Part shown: positions 13,001-25,312 of the stretch, piece by piece
Layout: each line of letters begins with the position of its first letter
Numbering within the stretch: the first letter of the stretch is position 1
Assembly: GCF_947568905.1 (NCBI RefSeq)
Contig: NC_079169.1
Span: 53,630,001 to 53,694,000 of the forward strand
Source of the DNA: Ostrea edulis
Taxonomy: Eukaryota
Length of the DNA stretch: 64,000 nt
Reading direction: 5' to 3'
Position numbers and translations under genes: made by a program
Notes under the pieces: model-generated
What the model was told of the DNA's origin: nothing
Seen by the model: the letters and a program-made list of their open reading frames with translations, nothing else
Databases searched by the model: none

Positions 13001-16000
13001 AGCAGACTTTGAGATGCATTTTAAGCTATTGTTGAAATGTATCTGTAGCAATCAGAAGTGATACATATATTTGTAGCTATCAAATAGTGATTTGTATTTG
13101 TAGCAAGCAAACAGTGAGATGACAGTAGTAGCCTTCTTAATCTTCCCGACAAAGACAAACAATTTCAATGTGGAATCACTGAGAGGTCAAGCCATTTCTA
13201 AACAGCTGAAGGAAACAGTCCACCATGTACAGACACAGATCGGCAAGAGGATATTTGAACAATGTCTTAGGTATGGTAAACGGCAACAGGAGTGTAGTCA
13301 GCTACAAAGGGAGATTACTTATCAGTTACAAAGGGAGTTTACTCAGTTACAAAGGGAGTTTACTCATCAGTTACAAAGGGAGTTTACTCTATTACAAAGG
13401 GAGTTTACTCATCAGTTACAAAGGTAGTTTACTCATCAGTTACAGAAGGAGTTTACTCATCAGTTACATAAGCAGTTTTCTCAGTTACAAAGGGAGTTTA
13501 CTCAATTACAAAGGTAGTTTACTCAATTACAAAGGTAGTTTACTCATCAGTTACAAAGGTAGTTTACTCATCAGTTACAAAGGGAGTTTACTCAGTTACA
13601 AAGGGAGTTTAATCATCAGTTACAAAGGTAGTTTACTCATCAGTTACAAAAGGAGTTTACTCATCAGTTACATAGGCAGTTTTCTCAGTTACAAAGGGAG
13701 TTTACTCAATTACAAAGGTAGTTTACTCATCAGTGACAAAGGGAGTTTTACTCAGTTACAAAGGTAGTTTACTCATCAGTTACAAAGGTAGTTTACTCAT
13801 CAGTTACAAAGGTAGTTTACTCGGTTACAAAGGGAGTTTACTCGGTTACAAAGGGAGTTTACTCATCAGTTACAAAGGTAGTTTACTCAGTTACAAAGGG
13901 AGTTTACTCATCAGTTACAAAGGGAGTTTTACTCAGTTACAAAGGGAGTTTACTCATCAGTTACAAAGGTAGTTTACTCATCAGTTACAAAGGGAGTTTA
14001 CTCAGTTACAAAGGGAGTTTACTCAATTACAAAGGTAGTTTACTCATCAGTGACAAAGGGAGTTTTACTCAGTTACAAAGGTAGTTTACTCATCAGTTAC
14101 AAAGGTTGTTTACTTATCAGTTACAAAGGTAGTTTACTCAGTTACAAAGGGAGTTTACTCATCAGTTACAAAGGGAGTTTTACTCAGTTACAAAGGTAGT
14201 TTACTCATCAGTTACAAAGGTAGTTTACTCATCAGTTACAAAGGGAGTTTACTCAGTTACAAAGGGAGTTTACTCATCAGTTACAAAGGGAGTTTACTCA
14301 GTTACGAAGGGAGTTTACTCATCAATTACAAAGGGAGTTCACTCAGTTACTAAGGGAATTTACTCAATTACAAAGGGAGCTTACTGTGCTACTGATGTAT
14401 CTTGAAAATTTCCCCAAGTGTTACAATGTACTTTACATGTAGTCATTTAAGCAGGATTCATATTTCAGCATTTTTGGTGGTGAAACTTTAGTGTTAATTT
14501 ATGGTTGTGCTTATATGTGAATATCTCTATTTATTTCACAGAACAAGCACTTAATCTTGATTATTTCAAATAGTGCATCAAATCCAATTATGCCATATTT
14601 TAGATATACAGTTGATTCTCGAATTATCACCACTCAATTCATCGCCATTTTCATTTTAACATTGCATTTTTTTAAGAACATTTTTCCTATTACTTAAATT
14701 CTCATTAAAACACCAAATTCACTATCGCTGTTTGCCACAGTATTTTTAGTACAAAAGTCTATATCAAAGTGTTAATTACCTCGATAAACCGCCATGGGTG
14801 CACGTGATCATTGATGTGGGAAATTGGTCATTATCGATCTCCGGCGTACACCTGAGCAGAAGGTACCTAGTAATAAATAAACAAGATAATTACTTGATTT
14901 GAATCATAGTCTTGCTGTTTTGACTTCATCGAAAAATATTTCAGTTTAGCTATGGCTTCGCCATGAAATAGGTTTCTGTTGAATTTCTAAGAAAATAAGC
15001 AAATTATTACATACCATGGAAACCATCCGCAATGTATACAACAGGAAATCTCCAATAATTCTACTGTTTTATGGGAAAAGTTCATAAAAAGGAGGACAAT
15101 GGGTGATATTTTGGCTGCAAAGTATTAAATACCCCTCGATCTTTATCCAGTTAATGACGGCTCACCTACCAGGAAACAGCCATGTGGTGTAATAAATACC
15201 AACAATGGACAAGGTTTTTAAATAACTTGAAACACACTGTGTTTATGTGTCTTGCTTTGAAATAAAGCCTTATTATTGATAAAACTATTTTAATCATGTT
15301 AGAAAATTTGGAGGGAAAAAAATTTCAAGAAATTTTTACATTAAGTTTGTACATAAAGGAAAGATAACTCTTACATATACAAGAAAAGTAACTCCTCCCC
15401 AAGGTGGCGGAAATTCAATTCATCACCAAATTTGTTAAAACACTTTAAATTCAAAAGAACAAAAGGTGGCGGTTTATCGAGAGTTGACTGTATTACTCAA
15501 GAAATATTACTGGAATGTGTCTTATCATTTGATTTTGCTTGGTTAGCATTCTATATTTTCTCACACTGGGAAAATATTACAGAAGGTTTGATTACTCAGT
15601 AGGGAGTGGGACATGCAGAGAGTAATAAAATCTGCAGAGGACAATTTTTGATATTTCATAGATTAGTTAGAGTTTGCACATGTGTATGACACCATTTTTA
15701 TGTCCCCGTAATCAATTTGGGCATACAGTATTTGGTCTGTCTGTTTATCTGCAAAAAATTGAAACATTGTCCATGACCTTTGAATCAATGGTGATAGGGC
15801 TTTCATATTTCATATATGTATTCATCTTTCTTTTTCATACCAAAGTTTTTGACCTTTTAACGTTAGAGTTTGACCAAATGGGGAATCATTTTTTCACAAC
15901 CACATCTTTTCCTATTTCTGAAAATTGATGAACATTTTTCTGTTCTTGATATGACTACATTATCCATCAGACTGAGAATTTTGTTGGTTTGGTTACAGGG

Positions 16001-19000
16001 GGAAAATTCCAACAGGGGATGAGATTTTACAGCAAGAGGATATAGTCAAGTTAAAGAGGTGTATCTACTCTGCTCAAGTAAGTACATGTTGCTTTAAATT
16101 TGTTGATTAACTTCGTATTTGACATTACTTTTACAATTTATAGAACTCTTAATCTTTCAGAGGAACAGCTTGCCTCCGATATGTACCCACAATGTAAATG
16201 ATGATGCTACTGACCAAATCTTAGGTGCTCTCAGAAAATGTCAGCTCTTTAATAGAAAAGAGGACAGAGTTAAGGTAAATAGTACGACGTAGTCAAACTC
16301 TCTTTCCTTTGTTTACTGTTCCCATCTCATCATATGAAATGGAGATTCATAATCAGATTCATTTTCCTTCAAATGGTTTGTTACAACAGATGATTTGTGA
16401 GCTGGTGGATTGTCATTGGGAATCTTGATTCCTTTAGTACCGTTTGCTGGACGGATATTTTTATATTGTGCCTCCATATTCTTTGTCGAAATCAGCTTTA
16501 ATGTCCATCATTGTAAACTCTGATTAAGGCTGAACATTGATTGCATTATTTACTTTGTTCAGAAGTAGTGATGCTCTCAAAATGATACATTTCCATATAT
16601 AAGTAGGTTGTACAAGAGAGAGAGAGAGAGATCTTTTTACATATTCAAAATTTTCAGGTTGTGTTTCACCCCGAGTTTCTGAATTCCACCAATCCGCTGT
16701 TTGGATTGGACTATGAGGACTTTGTTAGAGGCTGTCATTTAGGAGTATTCGCTTCATACTACGAACCCTGGGGGTACACACCTGGTTAGTATTACACCTG
16801 TATGTTTCACCTATACATGTATGTTTCACCTGTGGAATATCAAAGTAGTGACAGTTTGATATTTTAATGCATATCATCTAATATTCATAGGCTTGATGAA
16901 AGTACAGCGATTTTGTTTGGCTGAATCTTCATCAAAGAAAACCTGATTTTGACTTCATGTTGTGTATTGATATGTTGTATGAATTGGAAACTCTAATCAT
17001 ATCGTGCTTTATTATTTAAACTCAATGTTTTGAAATATTTAAATGATAAGGAATAAATTTATTATTTTTTTGATAGATACCAGGAAAAAAACCCAGAAAA
17101 CTTTGCTACACTCACTGATGCAGTTTTCAGTCTTTTTTTTTCATAGTATACTTCCATCCAATGAAAAAAATATTGATTAATTCCTTTATAATTGATATAC
17201 TTGTTTTTACATGTTCTTTTATCATGTGTGATATTGTTTTGTTTTACTGTATTTTAGATTATTGATACAAATTTCTTTTCCTTCAGGACCCACAGTATGT
17301 TAACTACAAGTATAGCATTTCTATTCAATGTCTGGAAATAGAGTTCATGAGACTTTATATGCTTGTAGGAAATGTTTTATAAAATCATTCTAAATACTTA
17401 ATTCTATCAGAGAGCAAAGCAATAAAACATTAAATTGTCATTACTTGATCTCCTTTTTCTTTATGTTTATTAATGAAGATGTTAACTAGACTCAAAAGCA
17501 ATGGCAGGTATCATTGTACATTTAATTTAGAAGATTTTTTAGGAGAAAATATATGCAGATCGTAGCAGACATTTGTAAAAGCTTCTTTTTATGCTGATTT
17601 CTGTAGCGGAGTGTACAGTCATGGGCATACCCAGCATCTCCACCAATCTCTCCGGCTTCGGCTGTTTTATACAGGATCACGTCACAGATCCCAAATCCTA
17701 CGGCTTGTATATAGTGGACCGTCGATATAAAAGTCCAGAGGACTCGGCCCAACAGCTTACTCAGGTAACCATGGAAACAGAAACATGGGATTTTCTTTAT
17801 ATTTTCAGCCTTTTTCTGTTTCTTCTTTACAGCATGCAGACACTTTTAATCAGTATGACAGGTGCTTTTGGCGATGGACTGAATTTGTCTCCGATTTAGT
17901 TTACAATTCTATTTATTGTGACTAACAATTGTTGTCCTTATGACTGTGTGTTGTAATTCATATTTGTGCTTATCGTATCTGTTGAGTGATGACTCTATTT
18001 TCAGATGCTTTCTTAAGCAGGAAGCATTCATTCATTGCTGTTTGTAAAAAAAAAAAATTATAAATTCTCCTTCCATTTAAATTGCTTGTAAGTGTTTGCT
18101 TGAGGAACCTGTGTGGAAGTATCTGGAAATAAAGTGTTAGACGTAGTTAGGGCCCCTATTGTGGTGTAGTTTGTGTCAGAGTGTTCTGACTTTTCCACCA
18201 TTTTATAATAGCGGAATGCACTGTGATGGGAATTCCTAGTATCACAACCAACTTGTCGGGGTTTGGCTGTTTCATGCAGGACCACATAGCTGAGACTCAG
18301 TCGTATGGTATTTATGTGGTCGATCGCCGAAACACCAGTCCTGAGGAGTCAGTGCAGCACCTGGCCAAGGTAGATCACTCTGTCTAGAGTGTGTCTGTCT
18401 GTGTGTCTGTTATAGTTGCTAGTGTTTTACAGTTTCTCTCTTTCTCTGCTCTAATTTTGGTGTGTTGCTTGTGACTTCTGGTGTGTTGCTTGTGACTTGG
18501 TGTGTTACTTGTGACATTTCGTGTGTTGACCTAGTTTGATGGTGTGTGTAAACTTCTAACATAGTGTTTTATGTTGTGTCTTTGTTTTAAACTTTTAAAC
18601 GATGCTGAAGGTAATAAAAAACACTTTTATTTTTTCAGCGAGTTGTTTTCTATAGGGCTTAAAAGTGAAAAATTCTTCAGAAAAGAAATGGTACAATTAC
18701 ATGTGTGTGTATGTACAATGATTTTGCGGGAAATTGAGCTGACACAGTGTAAAAAAAAAAAAAAAAAAATAAGTATTGAAATAGCAAAATACCAGATTCC
18801 AATGTTGTGCTCAATAATGCAATTTCAATATATCATTATTCAATAAATACAGTATAATTATATAATATTTATTGAATATTTATACACTGTAGATCCCTTT
18901 TATTTTCATGTGGATACAATGACATATTTATTCACAAGACAAAACTTTAATGAATCATTATCTATAGCCAAGTTTTCTATATTTATTCACAAAAACATAA

Positions 19001-20975
19001 TTTTTTCCTGGTGATTGTCTCGTGTAGAAGTCTCGCCTCTTATTTTTCAGTATATGTATGATTTCACATGTTTATCCCGGCGACAGCGTATCATACAGAG
19101 GAATCGCACGGAGCGTCTCAGTGACCTCTTGGATTGGAGAAATCTGGGCGTGGTATGTTAACATCAACTTTTACCAAATTCTGTAGACATCTGAAAACTG
19201 ATATAGAAGTAAATCTACACCATACCTTGGTATAACACTTGAGAGAAAGCAACCGTTTCAGTCCATCTCCCCAAAACTCAGTTCCTACATGTCAGTTTGT
19301 AAGTCTCAAGTTACGCGTAGCTTCTCTGATTGAAGTTCATTGGTCTTCTGTCTGTCTTTTGGATGAATTCAAACAATTGGCCATATTTTCATCTTCTGCA
19401 GAACCACCTAGTATCCAAATTTTATCTTATTATACCCCTCCCCTTTTGGGGGGTGGGGTGGGTTGGTATTATGGATTAGCCATGTCTGCCTGCCTGACTT
19501 GCTATGTGGTCATCTATCCTAATATTTGTTTGAGTCATAACTTTAATTGAGAGACTTCAGAAACTCATACTTAACTGACACAAAGAACACATGGCCAGAT
19601 GGTGTGTTATGACCCTGAACTAAAGTTTTCTCATTTTCATTTTCTCAAGGTCACTGGTGAACAAAAGTTTGAAATATTTGTGCCACATCTTTGTAATGCA
19701 AAACATTAAGAGGCACCTACATCATACATTATGCTTAAGGCCAGTTTGGTCAGGTTCGTAACTTTGTAATGGAAAGACAGTAGAAGCTCATAATGGAATT
19801 GAAAGTTGCTTAAAGAAACATGGTGTGACTTGACCCAGTGGCAAGTCCTAATGTTAAATGAATTGGACAATGGTGACTGCAGAATTGCAGTTAATTTGGA
19901 TTCCATATTTATTACTCAAAACCCAGGACAATGATGACTGGATATTTTATGAGACTTTATTAAATTTTATTTCCACATTTAGTTCATGAAGCCTCACACA
20001 GTGAATTTTCATTTAAAAAATAAATTTTATTTTTTAAGGTACGTGACGTTTCACACCAGCATGAAAAAAAAATATTTTAAAAAATTTATATCTACATTTT
20101 ACTTACATTCTTTTGGAATGGAATATTCCCAGCTGTGATAATAGTCATGCTATATTTATTAAGATTCATACGCACATTGTTCACATTTATGAGGAAATGG
20201 CTGTCATTTGAATTGGTTAAGAAATCAAAAGTAAAAACATTGGAAAAGTAAATATTAGATTATGATGCTTCCTACATGTAATGAATTTAGATTAAAGGTC
20301 AAGAAAGAGTAACTTGTTTCAAAGGAAAATGGGGTTTCTAATTTCTCTACCATCATAGAGCACTATAAAAGAATAGTCATTTTTTATACGCCAAGTTTTG
20401 GAAATTGTGTTGGCAAGGGATATCTTAGTCCCAATAAGGACAGCTCAAGTTTAAAATTTGGCACAAAGCATTTTCAATGAAGCTTTTTCCCCGAATATTC
20501 ATTCCAGAATTCCTAGGTCATATACATATAAAACATCCTAGTGTAATGTAGAATTGAATTTGTTAAGGCCCAGTGCAAGGCTGGGGCCAATATAGGGAAG
20601 CAAGATTAGATAGAAATAGGAGAGCAAGACAAAGTGGCTTATCAATAGACTATTAGTATTTTAAGTTGCACTGTTTGTCATTTCTGACAAATAATTTGAG
20701 TGTTTCTTTCTTGACAGTACTACCGGAAGGCGCGACAAATTGCCGTGGCCCGAGCTTACCCAGACCTCGCAGCTAAGGAGGAAGAGATACTTCAGAGTAA
20801 AAAGTTCATGTTCCCCAAGCCTGCATCTGAGCCCCCTTCCCCGTCAATGTCGCGTTCCTCCACGCCCGCCCCCTCAGAGCAGGGGGACGATGAGGAGGAT
20901 GATATTGATGAGGATGGGGAAAATGCAGAGCTGAACTCAAACCCGGAAGCAGACAGGCCATTGTTTAAATCCTGA
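1046..20975 (+). CDS. GYS: Glycogen synthase (GT3 family), spliced gene
   Basis: GT-AG exons that join in frame: 1046-1190, 5751-5932, 6254-6445, 6657-6842, 7626-7770, 7901-8018, 9359-9479, 13104-13270, 15999-16077, 16161-16274, 16658-16784, [17607-17764 or 18212-18369], 19051-19152, 20718-20975 (2094 nt, 697 aa). Motifs: [59 protein letters not shown] (EX7E), [15 protein letters not shown] (G6P arginine helix), C-terminal SxxxS ladder. Confidence 0.97.
1779..2028 (-). mobile_element. SINE-like retroposon (non-tRNA head, shared central domain and tail)
   Basis: Homologous to 24618-24860; on the minus strand it shares GGCACGATAAAGA and the GTGAC..ATGAGTGAAA tail with the tRNA-headed SINEs at 43020 and 44730. 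Confidence 0.65.
2226..3424. mobile_element. Non-autonomous TIR element, 5-bp TSD (hAT5-like)
   Basis: TIR CAGGGGTCGAAATT / AATTTTGAGCCCTG; flanking direct repeat TAAGG. Confidence 0.8.
3721..4581. mobile_element. Non-autonomous TIR element, 6-bp TSD (hAT6-like)
   Basis: TIR CAGGATTTGACA / TGTCAAACCCTG; flanking direct repeat TGTTTA. Confidence 0.75.
6945..7481. repeat. 34-bp minisatellite in GYS intron 4
   Basis: Unit GCTGCACAATAGCACATTATGGATTATTGATAAT, about 15-16 copies. Confidence 0.95.
7825..7923 (+). repeat. 33-bp triplication of the GYS exon 6 acceptor and exon start
   Basis: TTGTTTTCAG|ATGTTATTTTACCAAATGGTTTG-like unit x3; exon starts possible at 7835, 7868 and 7901. Confidence 0.9.
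8366..9011 (+). mobile_element. Non-autonomous Helentron (HINE) with Cg170-like internal sequence
   Basis: SubTIRs CTCACCTGA / TCAGGTGAG, GTCT microsatellite near the 5' end, 3' palindrome GCCCATGGGC, internal AGAACCACTGGGCCAATTTCAA...AAACTTGGC motif. Confidence 0.75.
9464..10682 (+). repeat. 32-bp minisatellite made of the GYS exon 7 end plus donor, split by a transposon
   Basis: Unit GTAAACAATTAAAACGGAATTACTATCTCAAG; 3 copies at 9480-9575 and 10 copies at 10357-10676. Confidence 0.95.
9576..10351. mobile_element. Non-autonomous TIR element, 5-bp TSD (hAT5-like), inserted in the minisatellite
   Basis: TIR CAGTGATTTTTTT / AAAAAAATCACTG; TSD TCAAG. Confidence 0.85.
11494..12685. mobile_element. 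Non-autonomous TIR element, 5-bp TSD (hAT5-like), with nested Kolobok-like MITE
   Basis: Imperfect TIR CAGGGCTAGAAATAAT / ATTATTTCAAACTCTG; TSD TTACT. Confidence 0.65.
11723..12202. mobile_element. Kolobok-like MITE
   Basis: TTAA TSD; TIR AGGGACTGATTCACGATTTT / AAAATCGTGAACCAGTCTCT; second copy in opposite orientation at 25313-25750. Confidence 0.8.
12790..13110 (+). repeat. Degenerate repeats of the GYS exon 8 acceptor
   Basis: ATTTGTAG|CAAGCA motif with AG ending at 12863, 12890, 12998 and at the true site 13103. Confidence 0.75.
13300..14385. repeat. 20-24-bp minisatellite in GYS intron 8
   Basis: Unit (CAT)CAGTTACAAAGG(G)AGTTTACT, roughly 45-50 copies; source of the spurious QLQREFT / SYKGSLL ORFs. 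Confidence 0.95.
14609..15490. mobile_element. Tc1/pogo-like MITE
   Basis: TA TSD; TIR CAGTTGATTCTCGA / TCGAGAGTTGACTG. Confidence 0.7.
17607..17764 (+). CDS. GYS: Glycogen synthase exon 12a (alternative exon)
   Basis: ctgtag|CG...CAG|gtaacc; 158 nt, phase 1 to 0; (A)[52 protein letters not shown]. Confidence 0.93.
18212..18369 (+). CDS. GYS: Glycogen synthase exon 12b (paralogous alternative exon)
   Basis: ataatag|CG...AAG|gtagat; 158 nt, same phases as 12a, no stop; (A)[52 protein letters not shown]. Absent from the ORF track. Confidence 0.9.
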
Positions 20976-21817
20976 AAGGAGAGTTTCACTAACTCTTGAC
21001 CTTTTAGGAAGAGCTGAAGGGGGTTCCTTTATCAGGTTTAGAGGGGTGAAACGTGTATTGACGATTTGCTTTATAAGATGGAACGCTTTATTATCAGCTT
21101 TAACAGTCAGGTTGATTAGAGGTTAATGAGTTGATCTCATTAGCTCCTCAGCTTTGAGTGTGTTGTGTTTGTAGCAACAATCAATGTGAATCACTTGGAA
21201 CATGTGTAGATGAAGGTTGTCACCAAACAATAAGTGAATAGGAAGGGGGGTGGGTGAAATTACTGTTTTGTGCAAAACATATTGCAGTGTGCCACAGATC
21301 ATATCATTTGTAAATATAAAGAAACAATGCTTTATTGATAGATACAAATGTACATGATATATGAAAGCTAGGAGATTATTCTGTTTTGATGTAAAGTTTG
21401 TTAGTTACTCAGGTGACTTTTCTCTGTTGTGTATTCATTATTTTCAACTTCACAAATGCTGCTGGGACGTTTTTAACCAATTTTGGTATATAGCATTTAT
21501 GAGATAAAGGCAACAAATGGTGTGAATTCTATGGTCCCAGGTCCTGTGAAAGTAAAGGGTCTAAGTCTTAAAAATGATGATACCAGCACCATTAAAATTT
21601 AGAGACTGTGTTGTTAGTGTGGTGCTCTGTAATGAACTTGTATCATTTCTTGATTTCAAAAAATATATGCATATGCATAGTAACAGTATACTGAGAGATT
21701 TCTACCAAAATGTTGAAATCCATGGTTCAGGATTAAGGAAGAATAGCACACCAAGTGTTTTTGTTTTCTATGACATTGATTTGATATCAAACATGGCATA
21801 ATGGTAGCATCAGTTAA

Positions 21818-22125
21818 GGAGGAATAACACTCCATAGAAATTTGATATGGAAAGTGGAGAATATGTTAATTATATTTTGAAATTGAAAAGTTTGAAATTT
21901 ACTTTATTTAATCAAAAAATACAGTTTTAGTAGAAAGTACTTTGTGAAAAAAATTTTTTAAACCTCTGCTGAACTCGAATACACTATCTACAGGTCAGCA
22001 GTCAACATTTCAACTGACTGAGCTACATAGCTAAGCAATCAAATTTAAAGGAAATATGCAAATACTTTTGATATTTTCATTCATGATTTGAAAGGAGGCC
22101 AGCCATTAATATGTAGTATACCTCC
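21818..22125. mobile_element. Kolobok-like MITE (second family)
   Basis: TTAA flanks; ends GGAGGAATA / TATACCTCC. Confidence 0.55.
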
Positions 22126-24059
22126 TTAAGGCTTTAAGGTTTTCTTCCTTCTACTTTATTTCAAGGTGCATCAACCATACAAATTGTATCCATAGTTCAA
22201 ATGTGATGGGAGGCCTCTACCATTTGAAATTCTTGGCCCTTGTTTGTTGGCAAGGATGATTGTGAAAAGTTTGACAACCTCAGTTTAATTAATTAACTAC
22301 CAAGATGATCCTCGAGGGAGTAAACATCTGAAATTATAAAGTGAAATGCATTATAATTTTTAGAACAATATTTATTATTACCTGCTAGTTTTAAGAAATT
22401 GAGCAAGCTGTACTGTGAAATCAAAGAGTTAACTGCATATTACTCAGGTGACTGTTAAGGCCCATGGGCCTCGTGTTAATTAGATACCACATGTATTACT
22501 TTAAAATAGGTGTATAGATAGATATTTTTCAAGGATATGTGCTTTTGAAACAGCCATATAACACCAGCATTGTGATAGTCTAAAACTGTGCTTTCTTGTG
22601 AGTATATCACACTAGAGAAATAGCTTTTCAATGCTTTGCCAAATTAACATTTGTTAAGAACTAGATTGAATTGCCCAGATTTTGTAAGGCTGACACAGCA
22701 TGAAGTAAGCACACATTGTCGGAAATCTTTCTTTTTTTCAAAAGCAGATGAACAAATCTGCCATGCTTTCAACCAACCCAGGGTTGAAGATACAGCATCT
22801 GTTTGTATGCTTTGGAGACGATTTGTGAAGGGGAAACCTATGTACATGTACATTTAGCCTTGTCTGGTTTTTTAAACCAAGAGACTAAATATTAGGTAAA
22901 CTGAAGCTATGTCACTGTTGAAGGTTAAGGTCATTAATCAAGGTTAATTTTTTGATATGCCTCAACTAAACCTGACCATGGCTCTTGGGCATTGTGTTTC
23001 ACAACCACATCTTGTCTCATTGTGCAGAAAGATTGACTTTATAGGATACAGTTCTTATAAATCTGACCTAGCAGGCAGTTTTATTTTATCTTTTCCTGTC
23101 CACATTTCTGGATAACATATTATAGTTAATATTGTAATGTGCCATATACACCAAGTGGTTATACCGATACACCAGTAAGTGCTGCAAAAGTTTGTGTTGC
23201 ACAGGTTTACATCCCATGTTGATCAAGAGTTTTCGTTCTGAATTAGCTCTAGAATTTGCTGTTAAAATAGTTTTAAAATCTCAAAAAGAAATATCCTATT
23301 TTAACCCATCTTTGACATTTTTCTTAGGTGCGTTATGCAACAAATCCTACTGTGTATATTGGTGAAATCTTCGACATGTTCATGTTGATTGGTCAATGAT
23401 TTTGTATTTTTGATAGTGAAAAACAGTTTTACAACTATTTAGCATATGCAGTCTTGTTAATTTGTACAAGTGTTCTTGTTACCTTGAAATCTGCTTCCAT
23501 ACTATTGTTGTTATGCTTTATTCAATTCAAATTACATCAGAATAATGGAAGTCTGTGAAAAGAACTTTATACGGAGTGTGTATTTAGTTTTCCTCTTTCA
23601 GCGAGTATTTTACAATTAGTAAGACATTTCACCCAGAACATGCACAGAAGGAAGAAACAAAAACCATATTGTTTCATTCAGATTAAAGACTTTGAACACA
23701 AGGTATTTTTCTCTGGGAAATGTTAAATTAAATGTGTTTCCACAATCAAAGCAAACAGTCCATGCTGTCATTAGGTAGATGTGTTGAGCATCATTTCTAA
23801 TGTCTCTAAGTTTACAATGAGATTTTTTACATAGTGTAACATACAGAAGCCTCTTTCCTATATCTGCATAATTAGTCACTATATTCGGGTATTATAGTAT
23901 TATCGTTATATTTACTAGTGAGTGTAACCCGTATATGGAGGTTTGACCGGGTAGTTTCGTGTGGCCCAGCGCAGCTATATATTTTTGTCAGGTACTGTAG
24001 ACATGTGACCTCACTACATCACAACTCAAAAAAATTATCTAGTTGGTTGTTTTTTTGTT

Positions 24060-24099
<40 letters not shown>

Positions 24100-24617
24100 G
24101 TGAACTAGTCTGTACAAATATTGTTAAAGATATAATATATATGACGTAGGTTATCGCACCAGAATCACTGATTTTCTTTTGATTGTGTGCTTCCATAGAC
24201 CTTTGTTTCTGTGATACCTGATTCTCCTCTATTTTTACGGTTAACATTGTTTCACGTTAACATGGGAATTGTTGCTGAACATAACAATACATGTATAAAA
24301 ATGATATACTTCTAGTGCTACATTTTTCTAAACCTGTTTGTTGCTTGTTGACTGCGTTTTAAATCCTATTGTGAATTATACACACAGATGTTTATTATTG
24401 GTTAATAATGTACTATATTAATAAAGTGTAGCCTCATTTTCTTATCGGTGTGCTCGTTTATCATATTTATTCCATTCAGTATCTTCTTTATATACAGCAC
24501 TAATTATGTTATACCAGAGACGCATATTAAAACATTTACATAATTTGATATAGATTCTTAAAGAAGTGCCCCGACATTTAGGGAGCCACAAAAGCCCGTA
24601 CTGTAAATGCTCGGGGT

Positions 24618-24860
24618 TGATTGTACATATCTTTTGTTCAACGTCCCGCAGAAGAATTTTTCATTCGTATGGGGATGTCACCTGATGAAGGGGTAAAAAA
24701 TTTAGGCCTATGATCGGCGCTTACGTCCTTTGAACAGGGAGGCATTTTTATGTCGCGACGTGGGGCCTCGGTTTTTGCGGTCTCATCATAAGGACCGCTC
24801 CATTTACTATGGTAGTCGAACAATGCCGGGGTAGGTAGCGAGGACCTATTTTAACACGGA
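24618..24860 (-). mobile_element. SINE-like retroposon, second copy of the 1779-2028 family
   Basis: Shared AAAATTTAGGCCTA, CGGTTTTTGCGGTCTCATC and GAGGACCTATT blocks. Confidence 0.65.
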
Positions 24861-25312
24861 TCAAATGTTCGGGGGAGATGCAGAACTATGATTCTGACGC
24901 CACATCTATTTACACAATACTTCGTTTGCTACAAATTTGCGCTTCTAGTATTAGAAGTGCATCAAATCGAATCAATATATAATAATGAAAAGTTCGTTGA
25001 CTAAGTATCGGGAAATGTTTGCTTCGGTCGTTGCACGGAACATGCATCACGGTGGCGAATCGCGTGACGCTGGCATGACCTATTGGCCGAGGGTATCCGC
25101 ACGACAGTCGTGCCAATTGCACCCGTTATTCGCACGACAAAGACAATCTAAAACTGCATGGGTATAATAAATACATTTATATTTTTTGCAATTTACGGTA
25201 GTTCGAAGGTACCAAAGATATATATACAGTTCGAATTTTCACATCGCCCAGGCCTTGCCATGTTACGTAATTTTTACTGTGAAAACAAATGGTTAAAAGG
25301 TGCATTTCTTAA

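Noticed and set aside
13225-13972. ORFs of 180 and 79 aa (SYKGSLL repeats)
   Set aside because: Translations of the intron 8 minisatellite.
24420-24425. AATAAA as the GYS polyadenylation signal
   Set aside because: 3.4 kb from the stop in AT-rich DNA; cannot be assigned without 3' end data.
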